From Chlorokybus atmophyticus (lineage: Eukaryota > Plantae > Mesostigma and Chlorokybus algae): a DNA stretch of 64,000 bases. Of the stretch, positions 26,187 through 38,326 are shown piece after piece. Each line of letters opens with the position of its first letter. Positions within the stretch are counted from its first letter, which is position 1. The position numbers were made by a program, and so were the translations under genes. The stretch covers positions 819,036 through 883,035 of the forward strand of contig RHPI01002048.1 in the NCBI GenBank assembly GCA_009103225.1, read 5' to 3'. A model generated the notes under the pieces. The model had not been told where the DNA came from and made no database searches. It saw nothing but the letters and a program-made list of their open reading frames with translations.

Positions 26187-29100
26187 ATGCAGGAGGCGCC
26201 ACCGCAGAAGGAGGAGGGGGAGACTCCTGGGCCCATCCGCACGACATCAGCAGCCGCCTCACGACATCCACAACAACAAACTCGCGCGGTACGACGGCTG
26301 CAAGCAAGCAAACGAACGAAGGGGCAGTATAAGCAACCCAAACCCCTGCTGCTCACATGCACGCCTCACAACAAACGCACGCGCATATACTGAAACGCTT
26401 ATACACCAATAGGAATGATGATTGATATGCTCGTAGGAGGTCACAAGCAGCTGCAACAGACCGTCATTTCCGACATGGGTAGCGTGCAACGGAGGCCTCC
26501 CCACATAGTAATGAACATGTTAGAGCAGGCAAACATACATTGGCGCATGCGTGCATCAAGATAGTATACGATTGGCAATGCGGTCGCTCATGTTAGTCGA
26601 TCTCTCATGTTCTTTGCTGTTGGGGACGTGCAATGCATGCTCTGAGAGTGTTACGGCAGGCGGTGCCTTGCCTGACTCGTGCGGCATGCAGGAGGAGCCC
26701 CATGCTACAAGGCAAGGCAGTCCGTGTTTCACATATGGATTGCCGTGCCTTCGGTTAGGGGCCATGGGTTTATCATTCATTGCGGTTGATGCACTGGCTG
26801 CTACTGTCTCTCAAGCTGGGACTGGGTCTTGCAAGGTTAAGGTTGCAGACGCACCACACCCGTCATCCTCATGTTGGTGGCCTGCGTGCCTGCGTGCGTG
26901 CGTGCTCTAAGACGTACGCACGTGCAGGCGGGTGCCGCAGCAGCGTCGTACGAGTATGTGCAGCTTGCGGCGGCTGCGGCCCAGCCGAAGAAGAGAGTGA
27001 ACGTGTACGGCGTCATAGTGGACTACGACCAGCCGCGACGCACCCAAGGCTCGGGTACGTGGATGGGTGGTGCCATGGAGGGATGCAAGTGTGCGGTTGA
27101 CATTGCAACGTACGCGCTCGCAGACGTTATGCGCACGGTGCATCTGATGGACCCGTCCTGCGACAAGCTGGAGTCGATCAAGCAGCGCGGATTCACCGTC
27201 AACGTGTTTGCTCCGAGCGAGGAGCTTCTTCCTCCCATCCGTGCCGTTGGCGACATCCTCAGACTCCACCGCTTCGACGTGCGTGCGTGAATGAGTGAGT
27301 GAATGTCACACGCTGCGTGCCCCATCTGCTGCGCAGTTGCGCAGTGTCACTGACCGCGCGTGGCCACGGCAGGTGAAGGTGGACGCGGACGGGCCGCTGG
27401 GCTCGGCCAGCACGGGCGGACCCCCACGCCAGTGCGCCTTTGCGCTATTCGATGGCGATGCGGAGGGGAACGGGGCAGAGGCGGTGGAGGCATACGCGTG
27501 GTCGGGGGAATCGTACACGCTCGCGCCATCGCACAACGGATACCTGTCCGTGCTACGCACCTGGAGACAGCAGAACCGCGGCAGCCACCTGAACAGGATA
27601 GGTGAGTGCGTGCGTTGTCTGGTCTGTGCCAGTCGTCGTCATTGTTGCCCAGTAATCCTTAGGTGCGTGCGCGCAGTGTTGGGCACGGCGTCCTACCAGC
27701 GGCAGCTCAAGGAGGTCTGCGGCTTTGCGGACAAGGAGTACGTCGATATCGTATGCAAGGTCAGCATGCAACTGCACTTCGATCTTCAGTGGCAAGCGAT
27801 GGTATGCATCATTGGCAACATGGCATCGGATACTGGTTTCTGGTTGCAGGTGTTGTACGTACGTGCATGGGGATTGCAGCAGGCCACGTTGCACGTGTGG
27901 GACGGGACGGACCTGCAGCCGTACAGGCTAAGGCAAGCAGCCGCGCCAATAGGCATAGGCATATCACTGCAAGCACAAGCTCTGACACACGCGCACGCGC
28001 ACGCACGAGCGCTCAATTATCCTGCATGATGTTAGTGTGGAAGGAGCATCTCTGGCGCCGTCAGTGCCTGCGGAGTGCTTTGGGGTGCCCTCCGCGACAC
28101 TGTCGGCGTTCCCGGGGCTGGGCTCGGTGGTGCCCGTGGTGGCGGCGGGCTCACACGTGAGGCTTGAGCTGCTGCCCAAGGCCGGGCAATGGGTGCACAT
28201 GCGCAACGTCCACGCGTGGGTCGCGCGGGAAGGGGGCCGACTCTGCGCCCTCTTCGACTTCAAGACGCGCTGGATACCGCTAACAGAGCACACCGCTGCC
28301 GTCGCAGAAAGAGAAGAGTAAGCACGTGCGCGCGCAGAGCGCAGTCACAGGGAGGCGTTGTTGTGCACAGCGTTTACGTGTTGACGATGACGCGTGCTCT
28401 GTGGCGATCGGGCAGGGCGTATGCTGGCCGGCTGGATCGCGTCAACACGTGGGTGGACGACACGGATCTTGCATCAGGTGCAGCACTGCTTGTTGGTCGG
28501 TCAGTGAGCACTTGTTGGCTGCTCGCACGGGCGTTGCAGTGCCTCACGTAACGGTAATGTCACCTTCGTCACTGGCAGTAACAAGCCACGACAGCGTTGC
28601 GTTCAGCTCCATCCGCCAAGTGCTCACTCACCCGCAGGTAGGGCTTCATCTTGGGTTTGGTGGATCTCGCCTGATGTCATGCACAGGCTCGCGCAGTCTG
28701 TCTGAGGTGATGCATGCGTGGTGGCTGTCTCTGTCGCTGTCGCGAACACAGGTGACGGGCAAATTCCGTTGTCTGGTGCGCGTGGTGGGTCACGCGCCCG
28801 CCGACACCAGACACTTCTGCACGGCTTCCCCTCCGCAAGTGTATGGAGTGACGACGCGTCATGCCGCCACGGACGACGAGCGCACGCGTGCGCCGCCCGT
28901 GTTTGCGGTCAGCCTGATGCTGCAGGACCCCACCGGCACGCTGGAAGCCCTTTTGCTCGACAAAGATGCGGTGAGTGGTGTGGCGGCAGGCAGCGCATGA
29001 ATGAGCCTCCAAGTTCACCACCCCGTGGCACTGGCATGTTCCTAAATGCTGACGCTGGCTGGCTGGCTGGCTGTATGTATGGCAGGAGAAATTCTTTGGG

Positions 29101-29322
29101 ATCCGTGCGCAGGACGCGGCGCAGTTGCATGGCAGCGTCGCAGTGCGCGCGAAGATGCAGGCGCTGCTGGCGGGCGGCGTCGGGCATGCGGACGGCAGGT
29201 CCCAATGGATTGCGTGCTGCCTCGTGGCGTATCGCATGCTGATTGACGGAGATGCGGAGCAGTCGCGTGATAACACTGCTCGCAGACGCTTTCGCATGTT
29301 TGCAACAAGGTTGAAGCTATGA
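26187..29322 (+). CDS. POT1: Protection of telomeres 1-like OB-fold telomere ssDNA-binding protein, multi-exon
   Basis: N-terminal OB fold YEYVQL...RVNVYGVIVDYDQPRRTQGS|DVMRTVHLMDPS...FTVNVFAPSEELLPPIRAVGDILRLHRF. A second OB region (GQWVHMRNVHAW). C-terminal KFRCLVRVVGHAP...SLMLQDPTGTLEALL...WIACCLVAY...FRMFATRLKL*. The first exon is tentative. Confidence 0.85.
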
Positions 29323-29839
29323 TGTAGGTCACACCTTGACAGAATGGACTGTTTGATATGGCGAATTTCATAATCATGTGCCTGCCATGTGCAGATAGCT
29401 ATGGACACGCAATCATGGGCAATCGTGCACAGGGTGGTCTTTTGTAGCTTGCATACAATCCACGGTTGCTTCATATACTCGTTCAGGTGCTGCTCATGTC
29501 GCTAATGAGCAGCACCAGCACGCGCTGCTACTCACATGTGCAAAGTTGTTTACTCTGTAATTTATTATGTGGTGAGAAGAGGATTGACTCGCGTGAGGCA
29601 ATCCCAGGGTTGGAAATTTAGATTGATGTCATATGCGAGCATGTAGCATTGTGTGCACGGTGACCTCCGAGGGCAAACGGCATGGATGGGCCTTAAGACT
29701 TCACCCTGTGTCATGTTACAGGGTTGATGCATAGGGTTTTCGCATTTCACACACAACAAGTCCTATTGAAAACGCGAGGGAGGTGTGTTCGAGGCATATC
29801 TACACAAAATGCAGAGCTCACAGCTTACATATACATATA

Positions 29840-29846
<7 letters not shown>

Positions 29847-29875
<29 letters not shown>
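29847..29875. repeat. (TG)n microsatellite
   Basis: Read directly from the sequence. Confidence 0.95.
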
Positions 29876-29877
<2 letters not shown>

Positions 29878-29918
29878 GGACCGTTTTGCAACTGTTTAAA
29901 ATATGACAAGAGCATTCT

Positions 29919-30423
29919 TGTCACAGCCCTCTCGACCATAAAAGGCTTGGTGCTTTTATGGTCAATTTATGGTGATCTAATGTGCCTTCCCGTTACATTC
30001 CCCCCCACTTAGGAACGCTGACGTCCTCGGCAGCTGGCTCCCATCAGCTGGGGCATCATCTAAGGGGTCTGATAAGGGTCGGTCATCGGCCCCACCACCC
30101 ACGGACCGGCCAATATAGGCCCATAGCGGTCAACGCGCGCATAGCGCACCGCTGCCAGCCCCACAGGTCGCATCGCGTCTTGCCGCGCCGATTAAACGCC
30201 GGCGCGGCTGCCATTAGGCAAGTCGTGACCCATCGATGATGGTACTTATGACCATTTACGATGTTTTTGGATTGAGAAACAACGACCGCGGAATTCGTGT
30301 GCAAGGCAAGAATCGAACCCGGGTCTCAAGCTCTAATACCAATGTCACAGCCCATCCGACCATAAAAGACTTGGTGCTTTTATGGTCGATTTGTAGTTTA
30401 ATATGATGTACCTTCCCGGTACA
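29919..30423 (-). mobile_element. TRIM (terminal-repeat retrotransposon in miniature), 505 bp, complete
   Basis: LTRs at 30343-30423 and 29919-29997 (TGTA...GACA on the element strand). PBS TGGTATTAGAGC (tRNA-iMet 3' type) after the 5' LTR. PPT AAGTGGGGGGAA before the 3' LTR. Identical 5-bp TSD ATTCT at 29914-29918 and 30424-30428. No convincing protein-coding ORF. Confidence 0.9.
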
Positions 30424-30935
30424 ATTCTCACCATTTGCTTGCACTACTTACCGTCCAATATACTAGTTGCAATCAAGTGCTACCATGCTCTTCTATGGGC
30501 TACCAAACGCTATAAAATGTATATACACAACACCAGCACGCCGTCGTCGCCGCTTGATATCTAGCAAGCGTTATGCCCAGTGTGAGCCCAACCAAGCATC
30601 TCACCGCCGCTGCCAGCACCAACACCATCTACTGCCACCGTCATTAGCGCCAGCATTGATGCCAGCGCCGATGGGCCGGCACACACCACCGATCCAGCGC
30701 CTACGTTGCGGCCGTCGTCAACACCCGGCAAGCGTGCCTTTGATGCCATGGCAGGCTGCCGCCCACATGTACACTATGACCAACTTACCTGTTGTTGAAC
30801 GCGATTGAAGTTTGAGGCGGCGGCAGTGATATAAGGTTGCAGGCACGGGGGTGGCAGCAGCGGCCACCCCGCGGCGTCTATATTTGGAGAGGTGGGGGCC
30901 ATTCATAGACACAGTACTACATGACACTGACGAGG

Positions 30936-33900
30936 CACTACAAGCGTTTGCCCCTTTTCAGATTGTCAAATCATGAGACACACTTGTACCAACTTGCAGT
31001 CTGTATTGGTTGACACAAGGTGATGTCAAATGTTGGGTAGTTTAACTCTCAGACTTTATTGTTGCTCGGCAGTCTGAACATGATTTTACTTTCAGTTAGT
31101 CAAAAATGTTTTTGTAAAAAGGGGGGGGTCTGACATATATATGAGGTGTCTGAAAGCTAAATCACATGTGAAGAGGTCTGACCATAAGACTTGTCAACAT
31201 CTGACTAGCAAGTAACTCATATTAATTGCAGTAGCAAGAGTCCGACTCTCAGTCATGGCACTATATGCATTGTTAGGAACATCTGACTATGAGGCAGCTT
31301 GGTCGCACGGTTTAGTAATTACCCAACCGGAACATCTGCAAATAAGCGTGTGTAAGTAAACAACATGTACATAAGACATTGTGACACAGTGTTTGACGTA
31401 CATGTTCAATGCACTTATGTACAAGGCAGGGTGGAGGTAGCTGTAGGGTCACATGCTGTCTTTGCTGCACCACAAGTCTTCTTCAACCTCCGCGCCTTTG
31501 GCTTCATCGATCGAAGAAATGCCCATCTCTTTGCGGGCTTCCTTGATGGACGACTTTGAATCCCTTCGGCAATGGTGTGGGCGCATTTGCAATTTGACAA
31601 CTTGGCAACTTGGCTTGGTCTGCTTTGGTGTTGGGAGCTCGTGCTTGAAGGCTTGTTTTTCAATAACAGCTTTGATATTCAAATGTTGCGCATTGGTGGA
31701 CACAAAGACCACCTGCGCAACGATGCGGTTGGGCTTGGCAAATGGTTTGTAACTATTCATCTTTTTGCAGACGTCCACGTAAAGCAGGCCAATGTCTGTC
31801 ACAGCCTGCTGCTGTTGCTTACACTCCGAGCGGAATCACTTGACCCGGAATATGTGTACCTACATCACAGCTAATGCAAGGTCAAATGTCGTTGCAGCCA
31901 GAGTGTGACAACTAGACTGCGGCATATGTTGACATGATGCACGTTCTTGCCATCATACTACCAAGGAAGACAAGCTGCAAAATATCCGCTAGCACACCTC
32001 AGTGGGGCAGAGTTACACCTTTGGGTTTCGTGTCCTGTTCATTGTGTCTGAATGTCTGCTTGAAGTATGCCTCGATGCCGCAATTGTATGACAAGTAGCC
32101 CTTATCGCACCGCTGAGTGCGGAAGAGCTGCTCTTCCAAGTACATACATTTATAGCTCATATTTGCTTTAGACAACCAAGCAATATGGCTTTGAAATTAA
32201 TGCTTGACTTTGTTGCGATTGGCTTTTAGCCATATGTACTTGGTTGTTCTCGTCTGCTGCCTCCATTGTCCCCCTCTCTTATGTCAATCCTCCGGCATAG
32301 CAATTTAAATCTGCTGGTATAACCTGCATGGCGGCATCGCAAGGCATAAAAAGCAACAATGTCGTGCAAGACTGCGCTGACTCCGATAATGCTTGAGAGA
32401 GATACACTGCACCAATAACATGGTTGACTTAATGGTTAAGTTGTCCTAGCTCTCGCACATTGTTGGTGAAGTATAAATCAGTATGGTCCTAGTCCACCTT
32501 CTTCAACTTGACAACCCTTGATCAGTTACCACCATCTTTTGGTGTTACGAGCTGTATGCCTGCAGCAAGCCAGCAATCGAGGGCTTGGTGTGCGCTTACT
32601 ATTATTTTGTTGCCTTCAAGGATGGTTGCGACACGGACTTCAGGTGCCTTTCGGCTGACAATCAATGTCCGAATGTCTTGCTGACTGCACTCCGCACCAA
32701 GCATCTACGATCATCATATTGGACCTGACTGCATGACCTCAGTGGTATGTAGCGAAAGGTGGCATATGATTGTGCAAACTAAGACTGAACAGTCGCATTT
32801 AATCAAGCACAACACTTTAATAATGTCCAGCTTCCATGCTTCCAGCGTTGCTGGGTCGGACGGCAGCCAGGGTGCTGCAACAAAGCTTAGACAATTGGAT
32901 AGCCGAACCGTGTACTGCATTGCTGCTCTTCTAATCAACCGGTGATACAAACCTGCATAAGCAGTGCGCCTGTTCGTCTGTTGTTGAGCAGCAGTTTGTT
33001 TGTATCATGCCAGTATGTGGACAATGGCTGACTGTCACAGCATGACTGCGTGCATTTTATCTATGTCGTGCCAATCGTGGGTCTTGACACAATAAGGGCC
33101 ATTGCCAGGCAGAACGCCAGCTTGATGCCTTTAAGTGGGGTGCTTTGTATTTGCCCATAGCTATGTAATGTCTTACTTGTCTTGAGATGTAAACACATAC
33201 GTTATTTGTGGCTTGTGTGTCATCTCTTTGCTCTTTTGGGTTGTCTTTATCGCCGGCCACAACTCGAAATGCATCCCGCACACCATCATCTCATATTTAT
33301 TTTCATGTCGTCTCCTTGCTTGTCTTACAGTCACACACATAGCCTGTGCATGCAATTGGCTGCAGTGTGCACGTGGTCCACTAGGTGACCCAGCATGTGC
33401 TCCCAACATGACAGCTCCATGCTCGCGGTGAGGCCTTTGACATTGGAATCCTCGGTCAGATTGTCCGGCATGTCACTAGTTTTCCCTTTACGGGCAAACG
33501 CGAGGTTGAACTGCAAAAGACCACATAACTAGTCTAATTGTCACCCCGAACATGATTCATGCTCTGGCTTTCCGACGGCTGGCATCTGACACAAGTGAAG
33601 GTGTCATACCTGGGTTTACACCCACCAACTATATGAGAGACTTCTTGAGAGAGACCAACCATGGCGGGATGTTTCAGCAGAACACAGATACTGGCTATAT
33701 GAATCAAGAACTCTATGTCGCGGGACCACGCTCAAATGGCCATGGGTTTGCCCCCTCGGTGGTGAACCTTAAGCGCAAGTAATTCGCCTTGGCATTGAAC
33801 TCAAGGTACCTCAACTCAATGTCCCTCCATATGGGGGAGTCGTGCATGGACGTCATGCACCCATCGGTTGAGCGGTAGGTTGCATGAAAACCAAACAGCT

Positions 33901-35635
33901 GCGCCCACATACAGAGTCTGAAGGTGCGCTTGATCCGAGGGATCAACGAGAAGCAGCGCAAAACCCACGGCTTGCGCTTGTTCTTGTCCTTATTCCGGGA
34001 CCTAGGTGCATTGCACTCCGGAAATGAGTTGCATCGACTTGCAATCGTTTTCATATATCATATCTATCCTTGCACACTCTAGCTTCATGTATGGCAACCT
34101 CAACTTGCTAAAGGGTTGACAAAAACGTGTTTGGAGGTTGGCAGCGAGTTGGGCTTGGGCAAATCAAATTCGTGCGAGACTCGCAGTAGAGAGTCCAATG
34201 ATACCTCGCTCTTGCAATGCCTTGTAGCCAAGTCGAGCAACATCAAATATATGACCAAGGTTGTCACTGCTGCCTTCATATGATGGCTCGTGCTCCAGCT
34301 GCGAGGGGTCTTCTCAAAGGTGTCTCTGTCATTGTTGTACTTTAACTATGGTTCCTTCTCCGAGAGCAAGCCTAGCCAAGCAATTGCGCACATAGTGAAC
34401 AAACTGCAACCACATAACAAGTATGGCAAACTTGGCGTATAGACAAATGCATGTGTTGGCATTCATCTCTCCTCAAGAGCTGTGCAAATGTGCAAACTAC
34501 AAGATGCATTGTAGTCCTGCATGACTTCTACACGCGCACTCAGCGTGTGATGACTAATCGTTTGGGATGCCATCATCAACGTCATTGGAAAAGTCAGAGG
34601 GAGCAACGCTGCTCGAGGATGGTGGCCGTGTAGAACATCCACTCATTATCATCTTCCTGATCGCGATGCAGACCCTGGCTGTTATTAATGCCGAGTATTG
34701 CATGCTCCTTCTGCAATGTTGCTATGCATTTGGAGGCGAGTGTGTGGTAAGGCATGCATTGCACAACACGCAGCATGATGCAAAAGATCAACCATCAATT
34801 ACTATTACACCAAGTAGTAATATTGCACGCAGCGTCTGTGTGCATTATTGCATTAGTGTACTGAAACACAACTTTACATTTCCCATCGCCTCTGTCAACT
34901 ATTGCCAATACCAGGCGACCGATTTGGCTGACGCCTACTCGTGTCACAAGTAGTGTATGAATCGGCGCAGCTTGGTCGTCCTTTTACCCGCTGGCGCGCT
35001 GCATTGACTGGCGCCTCAATGCCGACCACCTCGTCTTGGTCTCCCCACTTGCGACGAGTGCAGCAATGTTCGCTTCATATATTGGCATGACTTCCTTGCC
35101 ATTGCATCTTCAAGATGGGCATGGTACTCAGTTTGGGGTCCGCCCACCTGCACCTGCGCATAAAGCACCTGCGCATCCAAGTATATCAAATGTATTCCTT
35201 ATGATGCCGACGTGCACTTAAAGCACGCATGTTACAAGGCCATGCTACTTGTAATGTAATGGTGCTCGTGCCTTGTCACTTGTGAGTTGGTCCAATCAAC
35301 AACCCTCTCACCAAATTACGATATTCACACCTGAACCTTGCCCCCTTTGCCAAGCACACACGCGCGCCCCGCAACTCGTGCACGCACGCGCACACGCTCG
35401 AAGCTACATACCGACTTGTGCAGCGCCTTCAATTGTCACATAAGCGAGCACACCCTGGTGGACACACGCTTTAGCAGCCTTTGCTAACCACTACCAGGCT
35501 TGCACACACAAAAATAAGGAGCTAAAGATTGTATTGCATGTTGTGTATACCTACCAGTCTGCACATGCTATTGTTTAGACGATTTTCGTGCTACACAAAC
35601 TGGATGCAAAGATGTTATTGCAGATTCTTGTAGTA
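30936..35635 (-). mobile_element. Degenerate CACTA/En-Spm DNA transposon
   Basis: Broken transposase pieces: RCFSLIPRIKRTF...DGCMTSMHDSPIWRDI...YLRLRFTTEGANPW (Tnp2/Transposase_21-like), HLVDHVHTAANC, WKLDIIKVLCLI...ICHLSLHTTEVMQSGPI (DUF4218-like) and KPFAKPNRIVAQVVFV (DUF4216-like). Left end CACTACAAG at 30936 is followed by repeated TCTGA/TCAGA subterminal motifs. The candidate right end at 35620-35635 matches 12/16 with no matching TSD, so it is uncertain. Confidence 0.7.
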
Positions 35636-36522
35636 TACTTCTAGCCCTTTTGCGCATTAAAGGTCTCTTAATTAGGTGCTCATATGGTCAAGTTATACTA
35701 CTTGGCGCCACGCCCTTCCAAAAGTCTAGTTGAGCCCTTCTCGACACGTCCTCCATTTTCTAGCATCTTTTTGACTAGTCAAAGGGCCCTGGGTAATAGC
35801 CGCGACAACCTCATACCTTGCCGATATTTCCTCAAGTCATAAAAACATGGTGCTCGATAATTGGACCAAAACAGGTCATACACATGAAACTTGCCTCTAC
35901 TGTTCCACTATCAAAGCACCGCAGCAACCCACAAGGTTACCAGTCCTTTGACAGTTAAGAACCTTATAGCAAACACTGACGCAGCGAATCAGTGGTTGCT
36001 CCCTTCCAGCAGCACCCCCAACACCACAGTTGCCGCCGCAGTTTTCCAAGTGCAGCCGTGCTGTGAAAGAAGCATTCACGCCGCGACGCCGTTACTTTAT
36101 CGCACGCATAAGGCTGCGAGCAACACCGCCGATGCCATTACAGCCGCCAACACATATGCTAAAAGACACATGGCATCTGGCAACGATACACAATTGCTAC
36201 TACTGTCCTTGTGCTACCGCCGCACTTGCCGGTCTGCAGCTGAACCAGGCCATGTGTGCGTGCAAGTGTGTATAAAGGGGTGGATGCACTTTCAACCACT
36301 CGGTGCCAATTTGCGATAGGGCATCAATAGTCACCATTGCACTTGCCCATTGCAGATCCCATGAGCCGCATGTCATATAATACCGCGTTCACAGCCCGTT
36401 ACTGAGCACATTGGCAGGATAAACTGCGCCATAGTATGGTTCCATCCTGGCCCTTGATCACCATAGCCAATTCTTATCTCCGATGTTCAAGACTGAACGA
36501 ATAGACCGCCTTCAATGCTTTC

Positions 36523-36881
36523 TGTTAAGAGCTAGTGATGCGCCTAGTGTGTGTATTTGCCTCTTACATACAAGTGTGCACACACTAAGGACAAGTGCAG
36601 CAAGCACGCCAACTATGGAAACAAAGTGCGACCCACTGTATTAAGCAGTATACAGTGTCTTATATACTATGCTAGCAAGCACTAGTCAACTCTAGTCAAC
36701 TCTGGTCAAAGTCAACACCAATCAACATTGGTTAACGGTCAAAGTGAAAGTTGACCATGGTTGACCATAACTGCCGTAACTACGGTAACTCTCACAACTC
36801 CCGTAACGATTTAGCTGATCGCACCATCTACATGTAGGCGCCGCCTATACATGTACTTTCTACAACCTATAACATTTAACA
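36523..36881 (-). mobile_element. Solo LTR of the gag-only (TR-GAG-like) family
   Basis: TGTTAAGAGCTAGTGATGCGCC...CATTTAACA, colinear with the family LTRs. No flanking PBS/PPT and no clean TSD. Confidence 0.8.
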
Positions 36882-38326
36882 GCTATGTTCGCACATTGAA
36901 CATGCTGTCATAATGTACTGTTATTGCAGCATGAGATGAACAAGTTGGTCAATGCATACATGGACAGAGGCCTAACACTGAGCAAGGATTGCAGCAGCTT
37001 GGTGGAAGTGGTGCTCAGGTGAGTTTAACATGCGATTGCAACACCTAAGCTCTCAAAAAAAAGCTTTACTCATGCTCTGTTGGCCTGATGCCACCTCAGG
37101 TCCATTTGCCGCAATTTTTGAAGAAGACACTGAAGCAAGTGCGAGCTGCTCCCGTATGTCATATCAATGTACCGAGTGGTGCTTAGCACACAAGTTGTAT
37201 GGCTTGACTTCCTCTTAATTGGAGTTGTACGTCCTTGTGCTTGTGCATGAGTGTGCGGTGTCTACAAGCACGTAGGTGAGTAGCAATGTTTAATTGGTAT
37301 GGGCGCCATACTACAATTGCATCGCTTGCAATTATTGGCGTGTGCACCAGCTGCATTATGCATGTGTGGCTTGCATGCACAGCATGGTACAGTCTCATGC
37401 TGTTGTTGCATAGCCGTTGGTAGTTTAAATTGCTGCCTAGTACCGTGCATACGTGTCCATAGAAGGTGTGGGCCTTGTTTACGCTTAGACTGTGTGCTTT
37501 ATGCGCATTTTGCTGCCATGAGTGGCCTTGTTTATGCACTTGCTTGCTGCACTTGCTGCGCATATGTGCACGTGTGTATTGGCAAGCGTGCGCATGCGTG
37601 CATATAATATGCGGCTATTCTAGCTGCACGCACACTTGCTTGCTCAACATAGGCCATGTTCCATGTATATTAAACATTGGTTGTGTGCGTTTAAAGTTTG
37701 TGGGTGCTTCGCAAAAACGGTTGCATAATGTTGCACTAGATGCGCGAGTGCTTACGTTGCAGCTGTAGCGGTGACACCGTGTGGTGGTAGTCCAACCCAT
37801 AGTTTGATGGCTGAGTAGCTCCGTGCAGCACGTGAGGAGGTATTTTGTGTTGAAATTGGTGTCATAACCCCTCCATAATCGATAGCTATGGTAGTCACAA
37901 TGTGTGAGCAAGTAGCCATTGAAGGTTGCAACAAGTTGTTGTATAAACATGAGGCGGACATTGCATGTTTACATTTGCTAAGAGTTGACCATTCAGTGTG
38001 ACATGTTGATGCGTCTGTACATATAATGCAACATGGCCTTAAGTGTAGCCATAAGGCTATCGCTATTGCTTACGCATGCTCTCGTATATGAGGGGCATGA
38101 CCAAAGCAAAAAGCCATGCCATACGGCATGCAACAGGGATTGCCATTGAGTAGTTGCTTCATTGACCTTATCATACATGAGCAACGAGCTCATGATGACT
38201 TGATGTTCCATTCATCTTAATGCTAGTAGAATGAAAGTGGGGAGGAGCAACACTTGTTGTTAAGTCTGAAAAGTATCTCTATTAAGAGAGGTATGCAAGT
38301 TGCTACTAAAGTGGCTAGGTCCACAT

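Noticed and set aside
740-29322. Possible TAA/TAG-to-Gln code, as in some ulvophyte algae
   Set aside because: ERD2, both NDPKs and NAA35 end at TAG or TAA exactly at the expected C-termini.
29934-30390. Two directly oriented 11/12-8-11/12 palindromes resembling loxP/FRT-type tyrosine-recombinase sites
   Set aside because: Each lies inside one LTR of a TRIM that has a PBS, PPT and TSD, so LTR duplication explains the pair. No recombinase gene was seen in the window.
30442-34955. Alternative CACTA TIR pair CACTACTT (30442) / AAGTAGTG (34955)
   Set aside because: Only an 8-bp match, no TSD, and no subterminal repeats next to 30442. The end at 30936 fits better.
36900-38326. AT-richer decayed ORF fragments that might continue the DIRS element or be another transposase
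   Set aside because: I could not recognise RT, RNase H, YR or DDE motifs, so this was left uncalled.
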